In this document: in pieces, positions 1 to 11,059 of the stretch | Layout: every line of letters begins with the position of its first letter | How positions within the stretch are numbered: position 1 is the first letter of the stretch | Assembly (NCBI GenBank): GCA_963797095.1 | Contig: CAWCNY010000003.1 | Coordinates: 1,083,722-1,147,721 of the forward strand | From: an uncultured Chloroflexia bacterium | GTDB taxonomy: Bacteria > Chloroflexota > Chloroflexia > QHBQ01 > JADMIH01 | DNA length: 64,000 nucleotides | Direction of reading: 5' to 3' | Position numbers and translations under genes: made by a program | The notes under the pieces: model-generated | Told to the model about the DNA's origin: nothing | What the model saw: only the letters and a program-made list of their open reading frames with translations | The model's database searches: none

Positions 1-354
1 CCCGGAAAACGTCCCACCTGCCGAGGGCCTTCCGTAGAAGTACTTGGTATCTGTGAACACCTGCCCCAGCAGCAGTGAGCCTATCGGCTGCCCTTTGCTG
101 TCGTAGGCGATACTTCCGTTTGCCTGTGAAGGGAATGTCACCTGCGCTATCCCTGTCACCACCAGCGGATACATAATGCCTGTGATAAGCGTCATCATCA
201 ACACCATTCCCAATCCAACCAGCAACTGCCTTCCAATGTTCAGCCCGTCCTCGACGGCCTCATCGGGTGGGTTGAGACGCGTAGTCTCTGTGTGAGGCGG
301 CTCTGTTATGGCGCGCCCATCTCCTGTAACGCGGGTTTTAAATTCGCTGATCAT
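1..354 (-). CDS. kdpC: K+-transporting ATPase subunit C, truncated at window edge
   Basis: Manual translation from ATG at 354 (RBS GAGGAG): ...TLITGIMYPLVVTGIAQVTFPSQANGSI...GSLLLGQVFTDTKYFYGRPSA, a typical KdpC signature; lies downstream of kdpB. Confidence 0.93.
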   Translation of the reverse strand, partial: MISEFKTRVTGDGRAITEPPHTETTRLNPPDEAVEDGLNIGRQLLVGLGMVLMMTLITGIMYPLVVTGIAQVTFPSQANGSIAYDSKGQPIGSLLLGQVFTDTKYFYGRPSAGGTFSG

Positions 355-418
355 TCTTTCTTGCTCCTCGCTGCTAATCCCAGGTTCCAAGTTCAATGTT
401 CAAACGAAAAACTCGGGA

Positions 419-460
419 CCTGGAACCTGGAACCTGGAACCTGGAACCTGGAACCTGGAA
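419..460. repeat. Heptamer tandem repeat (CCTGGAA)x6 with a degenerate inverted arm at about 380-404
   Basis: Read directly in the kdpB-kdpC intergenic region. Confidence 0.9.
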
Positions 461-466
461 CTCGCA

Positions 467-2581
467 TCATGTCCCCAGTCCGAACAGGTTCACGATTACA
501 TCTATGATTTTGATCCCTATGAAGGGGGCGATTATCCCGCCAATGCCGTAGATCAAGATGTTACGTCGGAGAATATCGGCGGCGGGCATAGCCCTGTATG
601 GCACACCGCGCAGCGCCAGTGGTATCAGTAACACGATGATCAGGGCGTTGAAGATGATGGCGCTCAAGATGGCTGTGCCGGGGTTGAGGAACATGATATT
701 GAGCGCGTTCAGTTCCGGATACGTCACGGAGAAGGCCGCCGGGATGATGGCGAAATACTTCGCCACGTCGTTGGCTATCGAGAAAGTTGTCAGCGAGCCA
801 CGGGTCATCAGCAGCTGCTTGCCTATCTGCACTATGTCCAGCAGCTTGGTGGGGTCCGAGTCGAGGTCGACCATGTTGCCCGCCTCTTTGGCCGCCGATG
901 TGCCACTGTTCATGGCCACCGCCACGTCGGCCTGCGCCAGGGCAGGGGCGTCGTTTGTGCCGTCGCCCGTCATCGCCACCAGGCGGCCCTCGGTCTGCTG
1001 TTCCTTGATGATACGAATTTTGTCCTCCGGTTTGGCCTGCGCCACGAAGTCGTCAACTCCTGCCTCTCGCGCTATGGTGGCTGCCGTTAGCTGGTTATCG
1101 CCTGTGATCATGATGGTGCGTATGCCAATCCGGCGCAGGTCCTCGAACCGCTCGCGTATGCCCGGTTTGACGGTATCTTTCAGATAGACAACCCCAAGCA
1201 CATCGCCGTTGTTGGCGACTGCCAGTGGTGTTCCGCCTTCGCCTCCCACAAAGTCAGCTATATCCTGTAGATCGGGAGGCACGCTTTTGACCTGGCGAGA
1301 GACCGAGTCGACAGCGCCCTTGATTATGCGTGTGCCCTCACGTCCTTCGTCCTGGAGGCTGCTGCCGCTTATGCGAGTCTCCGCGGTGAAAGGAATTAAC
1401 TCGACCGTCGGGCCGAGCCATTCCGGCGGGGGCGTGTAGCCCATTCGCTCGGCCAGTGCCACGATCGACTTACCTTCGGGCGTGTCGTCGGCCACCGAGG
1501 CCAGCAGCGCGGCCTGCGCTAGCTCGTCACGGGTGCGGCCTTCCACAGGGATGAACTCCGAAGCCATGCGGTTGCCAAAGGTGATGGTGCCGGTCTTGTC
1601 CAGCAGCAGCACATCTACATCACCCGCCGCTTCCACCGCCCGCCCACTCATCGCCAGCACGTTCTGCTGCACGAGCCTGTCCATGCCCGCAATGCCGATG
1701 GCAGATAAGAGAGCGCCGATGGTCGTCGGGATAAGTGTGACCAGCAGCGCCACCAGAGTAATCACGGAGATATAAGAGTTGGAGTATGCGGCGAACGGGC
1801 CGAGTGTGACCACAACGATCAGGAATATGACCGTGAGGCCCACCAGCAAGATATTGAGCGCGATCTCGTTGGGTGTCTTCTGGCGGGCCGCACCCTCCAC
1901 CAGGGCGATCATACGGTCGAGAAAGGTCTGGCCGGGGTCTGCGGTGATCCTGATCACGAGGGAGTCCGAGATAATCGTGGTTCCACCCGTAACGCTCGAT
2001 GAGATGTCGGTGCCCGGCTCTTTTATCACGGGGGCGGACTCGCCTGTGATAGCGGCCTCGTTGACGTAGGCCACACCTTGCAGCACCTCGCCATCGGAAG
2101 GAATGAGGTCGCCCGCTTCTACGAGCACCAGGTCGCCCTTGCGTAGCTCTGAGGCCGGTATGATGGTAAAGGTGCGGGTCTCCTTGTTGGCCAGCTTCTT
2201 GGCCTGCGCGCCCACTTTGGTCTTGCGGAGGGTGTCGGCCTGGGCTTTCCCCCGCCCTTCGGCCAGTGCCTCGGCGAAGTTGGCGAAGATTACCGTCACC
2301 CACAGCCATAGGATTATCAGGGCGTTTACGATAACCGTTCTCAGGCCCGCACCGTCAACTATAAGCTTTACCAGTATCAGCGTGGTTAGCAAGCTCCCTA
2401 CTTCCACCACAAACATTACAGGGTTGTATACGAGGTGGCGGGGATCGAGCTTCTTTATGCTGTCCCGCAGAGCCGGTCCCATAAGCTCGCGGGTGAAGAG
2501 CCGCTGCGGTCCCTTGCTCCTCTTCTCCGGTGTCGGAGCCTGTACCCTTTCCTGTTCCATTGTCCTTGCGTTAGTTGCCAT
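467..2581 (-). CDS. kdpB: K+-transporting ATPase subunit B (P-type ATPase)
   Basis: DKTGT phosphorylation motif, [30 protein letters not shown]. Confidence 0.98.
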   Translation of the reverse strand: MATNARTMEQERVQAPTPEKRSKGPQRLFTRELMGPALRDSIKKLDPRHLVYNPVMFVVEVGSLLTTLILVKLIVDGAGLRTVIVNALIILWLWVTVIFANFAEALAEGRGKAQADTLRKTKVGAQAKKLANKETRTFTIIPASELRKGDLVLVEAGDLIPSDGEVLQGVAYVNEAAITGESAPVIKEPGTDISSSVTGGTTIISDSLVIRITADPGQTFLDRMIALVEGAARQKTPNEIALNILLVGLTVIFLIVVVTLGPFAAYSNSYISVITLVALLVTLIPTTIGALLSAIGIAGMDRLVQQNVLAMSGRAVEAAGDVDVLLLDKTGTITFGNRMASEFIPVEGRTRDELAQAALLASVADDTPEGKSIVALAERMGYTPPPEWLGPTVELIPFTAETRISGSSLQDEGREGTRIIKGAVDSVSRQVKSVPPDLQDIADFVGGEGGTPLAVANNGDVLGVVYLKDTVKPGIRERFEDLRRIGIRTIMITGDNQLTAATIAREAGVDDFVAQAKPEDKIRIIKEQQTEGRLVAMTGDGTNDAPALAQADVAVAMNSGTSAAKEAGNMVDLDSDPTKLLDIVQIGKQLLMTRGSLTTFSIANDVAKYFAIIPAAFSVTYPELNALNIMFLNPGTAILSAIIFNALIIVLLIPLALRGVPYRAMPAADILRRNILIYGIGGIIAPFIGIKIIDVIVNLFGLGT

Positions 2582-2720
2582 CTATCTTCTCTCCATCATG
2601 CATGATCCATGTCAACGACCCATGGTCAACGACCCATGCGCAGCGCACAATTTGCCGCTATCGTCCGCCGTCCATCCTTCGCGAGCTCAGGACCCGTCGT
2701 CAGCGAACGGCCGTCACCAC

Positions 2721-4457
2721 TTAATACGTCCTGCCAGCCAGCATCTGCAGGTGCTCCACGATTGGGCCGAGGGAGTATACAGGGAAGTATGTCAAAGCAC
2801 CGACAATGATGATCACTCCTATCAGCAGCCCGATGAAGAGCGCACCGGTTGTGGGGAACGTACCTGCGGTAACAGCAGAACGCTTCTTCGATGCCAGCGA
2901 CCCTGCCAGGGCCATCATCGGCACGATAAACCCGAACCTTCCCACGATCATCGCCAAACCTATCGTCAGGTTGTAGAAGGGAGTATTGGCGTTGAGGCCC
3001 GCGAAGGCCGAGCCGTTGTTGCCTGTGCCGGATGTGTAGCCATACAGTATCTCGGACAGTCCGTGCGGCCCCAGGTTATTGCGCGAGTCGAGCGCGCCTG
3101 GCCACATCGTCGCCAGGGCGGTGAAGCCCAGGATGGAGAGGGGCAACACGAGGATGCACAGCGTGACCATCTTCATGTCGTATGCCTGTATCTTCTTGCC
3201 CAGGTATTCGGGCGTGCGCCCCACCATCAGCCCGGCGATGAAAACCGCCAGCACCGCGAAGATCAACATCCCATAGAAGCCCGATCCCACCCCGCCGAAG
3301 ATAATCTCTCCCAGGGCTATATTGGCGAGGGGCACAAGACCACCAATAGGCGTGAAGCTATCGTGCATGGCGATCACCGCGCCATTGGAGGCGTCCGTAG
3401 TTATCGTGGCATACTGGGCGCTCGTGTAGATGCCGAAGCGCACCTCCTTGCCCTCCATGTTGCCCCCTGCCTGCAGCGCGCTCACCGATTGGTCGAGGCC
3501 AGCGTGCTGGGTGAGCAGCGGGTTGCCGGCTTGCTCGGCCCAGGCTGAAATGATGACGCCCAAGAGAAAGACAATGGTCATAGCAAACCACAGTGCCCAC
3601 CCCTGCTTCTGGTTGCCCACCATGCGTCCGAACATGTAGGTTAGAGCAGAGCCAATCGAGAAGATGGCGAGTATCTGAAGGAAGTTGGTGAGGCCGTTGG
3701 GGTTCTCGAATGGGTGGGCGCTGTTAGCGTTCAGGATGCCACCGCCGTTCGTGCCCAACTCCTTGATCGCCTCCTGAGAGGCGACCGGCGCGCCCACGAT
3801 GGTTTGCACCCCTCCCTGCAATGTATGCACGGACGTATATGCGTTGAAGTTCTGGATCACTCCCTGGGACACGTACACAAGAGCAAGCACGATAGATATG
3901 GGGAGCAGGACATACAATATGCAGCGGGTCATATCGACCCAGAAGTTGCCCAGGGCTTTAGTCTCTTTGCGGGCAAAGCCACGCACCAGCACCACCGCCA
4001 GCACAATGCCGACAGCAGCCGATGTGAAGTTGTGCACCGCCAGACCAGCCATGTTAGTCAGGTAGGCCATCGTAGTTTCAGGCACATAGCCCTGCCAGTT
4101 AGTGTTCGTTGTAAACGAGGCCGCCGTGTTGAAGGAAGAGTCAGCGCTCACGGGCCCCAGCCCTTGCGGGTTTAGAGGGAGCCACTGTTGCACGCGCTGC
4201 TGCACGTAGGTCAGCAGGAGGCCAAGCACCGAGAAGCCAAGCATGGCCGAAGTGTAGGCCAGCCAGCTCTGCTCACGCTCCGGCTTTATCCGGAAGAGCC
4301 AATATATGCCACGTTCCACTGGCGCGAGCACAGATGTTAGAAGGGTGTGCTGGCCCTGAAATACCTGAGCCATATAGGTGCCCAGGTATTTGGTGATGAT
4401 CACAAGCAATGCCAGGTACAGAGCGAGTTGTACCAGGAAAGGGATCAAAGTCTCCAT
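2721..4457 (-). CDS. kdpA: K+-transporting ATPase subunit A
   Basis: SFTTNTNWQ, IKELGTNGGG, NSAHPFENP, GRTPEYLGKKI, NNGSAFAGL motifs. Confidence 0.98.
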   Translation of the reverse strand: METLIPFLVQLALYLALLVIITKYLGTYMAQVFQGQHTLLTSVLAPVERGIYWLFRIKPEREQSWLAYTSAMLGFSVLGLLLTYVQQRVQQWLPLNPQGLGPVSADSSFNTAASFTTNTNWQGYVPETTMAYLTNMAGLAVHNFTSAAVGIVLAVVLVRGFARKETKALGNFWVDMTRCILYVLLPISIVLALVYVSQGVIQNFNAYTSVHTLQGGVQTIVGAPVASQEAIKELGTNGGGILNANSAHPFENPNGLTNFLQILAIFSIGSALTYMFGRMVGNQKQGWALWFAMTIVFLLGVIISAWAEQAGNPLLTQHAGLDQSVSALQAGGNMEGKEVRFGIYTSAQYATITTDASNGAVIAMHDSFTPIGGLVPLANIALGEIIFGGVGSGFYGMLIFAVLAVFIAGLMVGRTPEYLGKKIQAYDMKMVTLCILVLPLSILGFTALATMWPGALDSRNNLGPHGLSEILYGYTSGTGNNGSAFAGLNANTPFYNLTIGLAMIVGRFGFIVPMMALAGSLASKKRSAVTAGTFPTTGALFIGLLIGVIIIVGALTYFPVYSLGPIVEHLQMLAGRTY

Positions 4458-4477
4458 ATCTTAGCTACCTCTCTAAT

Positions 4478-4579
4478 TTAGAAGCGTTCCGCCCTGATCA
4501 ACACGTAAGCCAGGTAGATCAGGAGCGCTAGCGCGATCAGACCCCATAGGACGTAGTCCCAACTCCCCAGGATGTCCAT
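4478..4579 (-). CDS. kdpF: K+-transporting ATPase subunit F (33 aa)
   Basis: Manual translation MDILGSWDYVLWGLIALALLIYLAYVLIRAERF matches the KdpF YL..VL...ERF pattern; directly upstream of kdpA. Confidence 0.9.
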   Translation of the reverse strand: MDILGSWDYVLWGLIALALLIYLAYVLIRAERF

Positions 4580-4583
4580 ATTC

Positions 4584-4676
4584 CTACTGCCTCCTCAGTA
4601 CTTCGCACCCCTTGGCGAAAGCCCATAGGAGTGCGAACGCAACTATCGCAACGCCAACATACAATAGATCACCCAT
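4584..4676 (-). CDS. 30-aa single-TM microprotein upstream of kdpF
   Basis: MGDLLYVGVAIVAFALLWAFAKGCEVLRRQ with strong RBS GAGGAGG; below the ORF-track cutoff. Confidence 0.75.
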   Translation of the reverse strand: MGDLLYVGVAIVAFALLWAFAKGCEVLRRQ

Positions 4677-4908
4677 TGGTTCTCCTCCTCGGAATCGGAC
4701 GTACGTCCCGATAGGCATGTCCGTGTGAGACGCGCACCAGCTCCCGCACTAAATGCACCGGACCCCACGTTTCGTTTCTCCCGCCTGAGTTGATCCGGCG
4801 AAGTAGGATTGATTTCTCAATCAGATCGCAAAGATAGATGGCAGCCATCAGACCTAGCGAGCAGACGAGGCCGCCCACAACGATGTCTATAAACAGACTC
4901 GTGAACAT
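4669..4908 (-). CDS. Small membrane protein (79 aa) in the kdp leader
   Basis: AAGGAGG precedes ATG at 4908; N-terminal hydrophobic helix; stop overlaps the next ORF start (ATGGGTGA). Confidence 0.55.
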   Translation of the reverse strand: MFTSLFIDIVVGGLVCSLGLMAAIYLCDLIEKSILLRRINSGGRNETWGPVHLVRELVRVSHGHAYRDVRPIPRRRTNG

Positions 4909-5016
4909 TAGAAGGAAAGCCTCCTTAAAAAGCAGAGAACAACCAAATGCCGATGGACCACAAAGATGAACCTTCCAAGACCGAGCCATGATGCTCCTGT
5001 GATCGGTCGAGGTCGT

Positions 5017-5439
5017 TTACACGACGTTGTTCTCCTCCCTGCTGCTTGCCACGGCTTTGGCTATTAGCCGCTTGAGCGCATCGATTGGGAAGGGCTTGGG
5101 AAGAAATGCCATCGGCTTGAACTCCTCTATGCGCCGCTGGGCCGGCTGGCCCGCAGAGAACACGATGGTGGGGAGCATTTGGCAAGTGACGCCATTGGCA
5201 GCCAGCTGCCGGAGGACGGCCCACCCAGTGTCGTCGGGCAGGTTCACGTCGAGTACCAGGACGTCAGGACGGTCGGTAAGTGCCTCTTTCACGCCCTCCT
5301 CGGCGCTACTTACAGCGCGCACCTCGTAGTTGGTCTGCTCGAGGATTCGGGTGAGTGCCTTTTGCATTGGCTCCTCATCTTCGATGAGGAGTATCCTTGC
5401 TAGCCTTGTGGGGTTTGTTGAGTTAGTGGGTCTCACCAT
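5017..5439 (-). CDS. Single-domain response regulator (receiver only)
   Basis: ILLIEDE, LVLDVNLPD (phospho-Asp), FLPKPF; no output domain; start taken at ATG 5439 after AAGGA. Confidence 0.88.
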   Translation of the reverse strand: MVRPTNSTNPTRLARILLIEDEEPMQKALTRILEQTNYEVRAVSSAEEGVKEALTDRPDVLVLDVNLPDDTGWAVLRQLAANGVTCQMLPTIVFSAGQPAQRRIEEFKPMAFLPKPFPIDALKRLIAKAVASSREENNVV

Positions 5440-5500
5440 TGTGACTTCCTTTGAGAGCCTTTGCTCTGCTTGAGTTGAGCGCAATATCTTCAGTGATTCC

Positions 5501-5597
5501 AGTATAGAATGGAGAGCATAAAAACCGCATAACTATCTGCTTCTACGGCATAACGAAACCATAACAGTTTGGCCTGAGGGTATAAACGAAACGTAAG
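5501..5597 (-). promoter_or_regulatory. Putative KdpE-activated promoter: three direct-repeat boxes plus -10 TATACT
   Basis: CATAA/TATAA/CGTAA half-sites at 5517/5528, 5549/5560 and 5581/5592 (11-bp spacing, 32-bp period); -10 at 5501-5506. Confidence 0.7.
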
Positions 5598-5718
5598 AAT
5601 GGCCCCTTTTAACCACCACTTCTGCTAAGATTTAAGGAGCAGGATTTAGGGAGCTACAAGGCCGCAGTCAGGGTGATTACCTACGTGTCACCCTGACAAA
5701 TAGCCGCGAACTAGAGTT

Positions 5719-7567
5719 GTGAAGAGGGAAGAAGAGGATAATGTTATGAGCAGACGGCCAGGAGATCGAATCTTCTATCGCCGCAGGTCGGAGCCACATC
5801 GAGACCGTCCAGAGCGGCATCAAAGAGGGCGGCTGCCAGGTGGGATCGTTGCTACTCGACCCTTCGATAGGCTCAGGGCAGAAGCCGGCGATGAGAGCAT
5901 ACGGGCACAGGTAGCAAAGTTCGTAATCGTGATGGCGGCCTTGGCAGTCACGACGCTGGCGCTGTGGCCGGTGCGAGAGACCATCGGTCTCCTGAATATC
6001 GGACTTGTTTTCCTGATCGTAGTGCTGGGAGCGACACTGTGGGCTGGGCAGTGGGCCGGGATACTAGCCTCTGTGCTGGGATTTGCTCTGTTCGACTTCT
6101 TCCTGGTTCCCCCATATCTCACTTTTGTCATCGGTGACCTGCATAACATCCTCGCGTTGTTCGTCTTTCTGGGGGTATCGGTGCTGATAAGCTGGCTCCT
6201 TTCCGGGGCACGTGAGCAGGCCCGCCGGGCGGCTGAGCGAGCGGACGACGTATCTCGACTTTATGAGTTAAGCCAGGCTATAATCGGTGCTCGACAGATG
6301 GACGACGTGCTGCCGGCGATAGTGAAGAAAGTTGCCGATGTACTCGATGCAGGCGTTTGCTGGATACTCGTTCCGAGCGAGCATAATCAACTGGTAATCC
6401 GCGCTCAACACCCCGGAGATGCACGTCAGACCACACGAGACGAACTGGCCCTGGCTTCATGGGTGCTCTGGCACGGCAAAGATGCCGGTCTCGGGGGCCA
6501 AGGCCAGACCGAAGATAGACGACGCTCATCACCTGAGTGGGCGTTTCGCGCACCCGGTCTGTTTGCTCCTCTACGTGTTGGAGAACATACAATTGGAGTA
6601 CTGGGAGTAGCAGATAAGCATGATGGGGAGCCTTTCACGGTCGTCGAACGCACGATTCTCAATACGCTTGCGGACCAGGCGGCAGTGGCATTGGAAAGAT
6701 TGCGCTTGCTGAGGGAGGCCGAGCGGGCCGAAATACTGGCACGTACAGACGAACTCAAATCGGCTCTTGTATCGGCGGTTTCGCACGACCTGCGTACGCC
6801 GGTGGCATCAATGATGGCCCTGGTGACCGGCCTTCTTGACCCGAATGCCCATTGGGACAAGAAGACGCAGCGGGAGTTCCACCAGATCATCTACGACGAG
6901 CTGGTCCGCTTGAACAGGCTGGTTGGCAACTTGCTCGACATGTCACGCATTGAAGGGGGAGCGCTCCACCCGGAGAAAGGCTGGTATAGTATTGGCGAGG
7001 TGATCCAGTCTGTTGCAGAGCGTCTTGAACCCAGGCTGACCGACCACCCGCTCTCGGTAGAGGTCGATGAAGGTATACCGTTAGCCCTGTTCGATTTTAC
7101 CGAGATAGATCAGGTGGTGACCAACATCATCGAGAACGCAATCAAGTACACTCCAGCGGGAACGCCGATAATGGTAAGGGCGCACTACACGCTGCATAGT
7201 GGTGAGGAGGAAAGGGGTGAGAAAAGGGGTAATAATAAAGATGATAACATTGAGGTTGCGGTCGAGGAACTCGGGGCCGGGAGTAGCGCCCGAACATTTG
7301 CCGCACTTGTTCGACAAGTTCTACAGGGTGGACAGGATAGACGGGCAGAAAGAGCGTGGCGGAAGCGGTGTAAGAGAGAGTAGAGGGGGTAAAGGAGGCA
7401 TAGGGTTGGGCCTTTCAATCACCAGGGGTCTGGTTGAGGCGCACGGCGGTTCCATACAAGCAGCCAACCGGCCGGAAGGTGGCCTGCGGGTGATGTTTAC
7501 GATCCCTGTGAACGGCGCTCCACAACCAGTGGGCAGCAGAGCGGATGCTACCCCTATCGGGGCTTGA
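5719..7567 (+). CDS. kdpD: KdpD-like sensor histidine kinase (4-TM region, GAF, HisKA, HATPase); lacks the N-terminal KdpD/Usp domains; +1 frameshift near 7268
   Basis: FDFFLVPPYLTF membrane motif, VSHDLRTP H-box, NIIENAIKYT N-box; the G-boxes (SGPG, GIGLGLSI) are in the other frame (7199..7567). Confidence 0.85.
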
Positions 7568-7654
7568 GGTCGAAGGCGTGACCAGGCTATAGTCCACATG
7601 TTACATCAAAGAAATTGCATTAGAAGGATGCCCGTTTAATGGACAATAATAAGG

Positions 7655-8380
7655 ATGTCTGCGATAAAAGTACTGCTCATTGATGATGAGCCAGCGATAG
7701 CCAAGGCTCTGCGTCCCCTTCTACAAGGTCACGGTTTCAGCGTTGCTGTCGCTGAGACAGGAGCGGACGGTCTCGCGCAACTGGAAAGCTTCGCGCCGGC
7801 CTTGATCCTGCTGGACCTGGGTCTGCCCGATATGAATGGAGTGGAACTCACCACCGAGTTGCGGCGGCGCACCGATGCGCCTATTATCGTGTTGTCTGTG
7901 CGTGATGCTGAGCACGATAAGGTAGCTGCCCTGGACAACGGGGCGGACGACTATCTAACCAAACCTTTTGGTTTTCTCGAGTTACTGGCGCGCATACGGG
8001 TGGCACTCAGACATGCGCCGAATACCGGAAGCGCTCTGAGTGCCCTGGGCGGCGCGCTGGACTCTGCGGTCCCGCAGAGGATCCAGATCGGCGATGTAGC
8101 GCTAGACACACAACGATACGAGGTGACGGTCCGAGGCACCACCACCCACCTCACGCCCACCGAATTCAAGCTGCTGGAATTGTTGATGCAGCATGCTGGT
8201 AAGCTGGTAACTCACCACACGCTATTGCACAGGGTGTGGGGGCCTGAGTATGTCGGGGAAAGCCAGTTGCTCAGGGTGTATATAGGCCACCTGCGCGCCA
8301 AAATAGAGGAGCGCCCCGAGCGGCCAAGATATATTGTGACGGAACCAGGGGTCGGCTACCGGTTTCGTGACTCACTCTAG
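7655..8380 (+). CDS. kdpE: OmpR-family response regulator KdpE
   Basis: LDLGLPD, KVAALDNGADDYLTKPF, LTPTEFKLL, VWGPEY, YIVTEPGVGYRF; follows the kdpD-like gene. Confidence 0.93.
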   Translation: MSAIKVLLIDDEPAIAKALRPLLQGHGFSVAVAETGADGLAQLESFAPALILLDLGLPDMNGVELTTELRRRTDAPIIVLSVRDAEHDKVAALDNGADDYLTKPFGFLELLARIRVALRHAPNTGSALSALGGALDSAVPQRIQIGDVALDTQRYEVTVRGTTTHLTPTEFKLLELLMQHAGKLVTHHTLLHRVWGPEYVGESQLLRVYIGHLRAKIEERPERPRYIVTEPGVGYRFRDSL

Positions 8381-8539
8381 CCCGCGCGAGTTGTGATGCC
8401 GCCGGTGTCCTGCCCGCTTAGTATCTCCCAACGCGTCTGTGGGTTCTAGCGTGTCAGCGGGTTATAGGCCCGCAAGCATGTATGGAGTAAGAACGTCTTC
8501 AAAGGATAGTTGAAATGCCGTGGTGCCAGCTGCCAACCG

Positions 8540-10984
8540 CTATTTACCGATTACAAAGTAGTAAAAGAGAAAGATAATCAGCAGCAACAGAAGTAGGGAG
8601 CCCCAGGGAAGGTCGGCTAGACGCCAACGACGCACCTGCTCTGCGCCTGCGCTACGGCGCTTGCCAAGTAGCTGAGGCACATCTGATACGACCGTATTCG
8701 GTCGGAACAGGAGGGCTGCTTTCAATCGAAAAGCGTTCTGGTTGTGCAAAAGATACTCCCACGGCTTGGAAGGTAAGGCCTCCGGCAGCACAACAGTTAT
8801 AGTGTCGTCCGTGTGCTGCTGGTCGAGGGCGTCAATGTAGGACAAGAGAGGCCCTATTAGAGAGCGGAACGGCGATTCGATTATCACCAGCTGGATGTCT
8901 GTATCCGGTAGGAGTTTGCGCCACTCTCTATTGAACTGCTCGGCTTCTTCCGGATCTTCCCCTTCCACGATGTGTACGGCGGTCACAGTAGCCGACAGGG
9001 AGCGCGCGTAGTCGAGGGCGGTCAGAGTAACGGGGTTCAAGCGTGCCACCGGCACGATGAATGTGTGTTTGAACCCAAAGCCGACGCTAGTACGCGATGT
9101 TGCCTGCGCTTGCGCCAGCGCTTGCTCCTGTTCCTCCCTTTCAACCCTCATGTAGTGTCGATGGATCGCCAGGAACAGAAAGATCAGGATAGGTATGAGC
9201 ACCAAGACGATCCAGGCGCCGTACGCGAACTTGGTCACAGCAGAGATAACGAGCACCAGCCCCGTGGTGAGCGCGCCAAGTCCATTGACTACCAGGTTAC
9301 GCTGCCATCCTGGCGTCCTGGTGCGCCACCAGCGCACGACCATACCGCTCTGAGATAAAGTGAAAGAGTTGAATACTCCTACCGTATAGAGTGGGATGAG
9401 GGCTGTGGTGTCTCCATCGAAGGCGATAACAAGCACACAGGCCAGGATCGCGAGTGTGATGATACCCCACGAGAAGGCCAGCTTATCGCCTCGAAAGGCA
9501 TATTGACGTGGCATGAATCGATCGCGGGCCAGAAAGTATGACAGGCGTGGGAAGTCCGCAAAGGCTGTGTTGGCCGCCAGCACGAGTATGAGCGCTGTGG
9601 CTATCTGGACATAGAACCATAGCGGGTTGGCGCCCCCCACCTCAGGAAAGATAGTACGCGCCAACTGTGAAAGCACCGTTTCCTGGTCGCTGGGCCGAAC
9701 ATGTAGCTGCGTAGCCAGGAAGGTGATGCCCGAGAACATACTAATCGAAGTTAGCGCCATTATGCCGAGTGTGGCGCGGGCGTTCTGCGCCTCCGGGGGT
9801 TTGAAAGCAGGCACGCCATCTGAAATAGCTTCGACACCCGTTAGCGCTGTACAGCCCTGGGTAAAGGCCCGCAGCAGGAGGAAAAGTGAGATGCTCTCAG
9901 CACTGTAAGGAAGGATCTCTGCCGGTGGAGTGTACACAGGTTGACCACCTACGCCCAGGTAGAGACGCAGCAAGCCATAACCTATCATCCCGACAATGCC
10001 CAGAATAAAGAGGTAAGTAGGCAACGCGAAAATATTGCCCGACTCCCGCACCCCTCGTAAGTTGATGATCGTGATTAGCACCACCACGAACACGCAGATT
10101 TCCACTCTGATTGGGCGAACTTCAGGAAAGAGGGAGTAGATGGCGGCAATTCCAGCCGACACGCTCACCGCGACGGTCATCGTGTAGTCGATAAGGATGG
10201 AGGCAGCAGCAGTAAGCCCAGGCAGCGTGCCCAGGTTATCCTTGGTCACTATGTACGACCCCCCACCCCTTGGATAAGCGGCAATCGTCTGGCGATAGGA
10301 AGTCGCTACAATAGCAAGCAGAATTACGATGGCTAACCCTATTGGGAGGGTAAAACCGGCAACCGCCGCAGTTCCTGCCAACAAGAGCACGCGGAGGATT
10401 TCCTCGGTTGCGTAGGCCACAGAAGACAGCGGATCGGACGAGAGTACAGCCAGGGCCTTGGCCTTCGTCAATCGTTCGTGAATGGAGTGCTCGCTGCTGA
10501 TTGCTTCTCCAATCAGCAGGCGTCTTACATTATAGAAGAAGCGCCCCCACCGACTTCTTGGCTGATTAGCGGCCAGGGAAGCGGTGAGCACCCCTGCGCC
10601 TTTCCGCCTGAACGGCCCTGCTGTGCGGGTCTGACGTATATAGCGGTCGCCTGGATGCGTGCCTCTCACGACTTCATTCTGTCGGAGATCGGCCCTGATC
10701 TTGTGGTCGCCATCTGCAGATGGAACTGGCCTTGATACGCGTTCCTGTGTACCTTCTGAGGCTTTATTTGCAGCCATATTTCCAGGCGTTTCACCTGGAG
10801 CGGGCCCCGCTGGTGTCGTCCCCGTCTGGCCAATTATGCGTCTAGCATGCTGGCGCTCAGGTTGCGATGCACCCTGCCCCTGCCCCTCATGGTTCCGGGC
10901 AGGTGGTAGGGTTCCTGAGTTTTCCTCGGAGCTGACATGCTCGGTATTGCCCTGGTCGTTATCATCTGCGTGGTCCTTATCCAT
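8540..10984 (-). CDS. kimA: APC-family permease, KimA/YdaO-like K+ transporter with a long hydrophilic N-terminus
   Basis: SSDPLSSVAYATEE, YPRGGGSY, ALTGVEAISDG, LIPLYTVGVF, C-terminal SPFRSL and LLHNQ. Confidence 0.82.
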   Translation of the reverse strand: MDKDHADDNDQGNTEHVSSEENSGTLPPARNHEGQGQGASQPERQHARRIIGQTGTTPAGPAPGETPGNMAANKASEGTQERVSRPVPSADGDHKIRADLRQNEVVRGTHPGDRYIRQTRTAGPFRRKGAGVLTASLAANQPRSRWGRFFYNVRRLLIGEAISSEHSIHERLTKAKALAVLSSDPLSSVAYATEEILRVLLLAGTAAVAGFTLPIGLAIVILLAIVATSYRQTIAAYPRGGGSYIVTKDNLGTLPGLTAAASILIDYTMTVAVSVSAGIAAIYSLFPEVRPIRVEICVFVVVLITIINLRGVRESGNIFALPTYLFILGIVGMIGYGLLRLYLGVGGQPVYTPPAEILPYSAESISLFLLLRAFTQGCTALTGVEAISDGVPAFKPPEAQNARATLGIMALTSISMFSGITFLATQLHVRPSDQETVLSQLARTIFPEVGGANPLWFYVQIATALILVLAANTAFADFPRLSYFLARDRFMPRQYAFRGDKLAFSWGIITLAILACVLVIAFDGDTTALIPLYTVGVFNSFTLSQSGMVVRWWRTRTPGWQRNLVVNGLGALTTGLVLVISAVTKFAYGAWIVLVLIPILIFLFLAIHRHYMRVEREEQEQALAQAQATSRTSVGFGFKHTFIVPVARLNPVTLTALDYARSLSATVTAVHIVEGEDPEEAEQFNREWRKLLPDTDIQLVIIESPFRSLIGPLLSYIDALDQQHTDDTITVVLPEALPSKPWEYLLHNQNAFRLKAALLFRPNTVVSDVPQLLGKRRSAGAEQVRRWRLADLPWGSLLLLLLIIFLFYYFVIGK

Positions 10985-11059
10985 ATCGCTTTGTGACTCG
11001 GTCCTCTCTATATCATTCTTCAGTAGTGCTGAGGGTCGATGGGTACGGGTACACCGAGA

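Noticed and set aside
419-460. Tandem repeats here and at 56709-56785 as CRISPR arrays
   Set aside because: 7-bp units with no spacers, and no cas genes in the window
2103-3548. 481-aa plus-strand ORF
   Set aside because: Antisense to kdpB and kdpA
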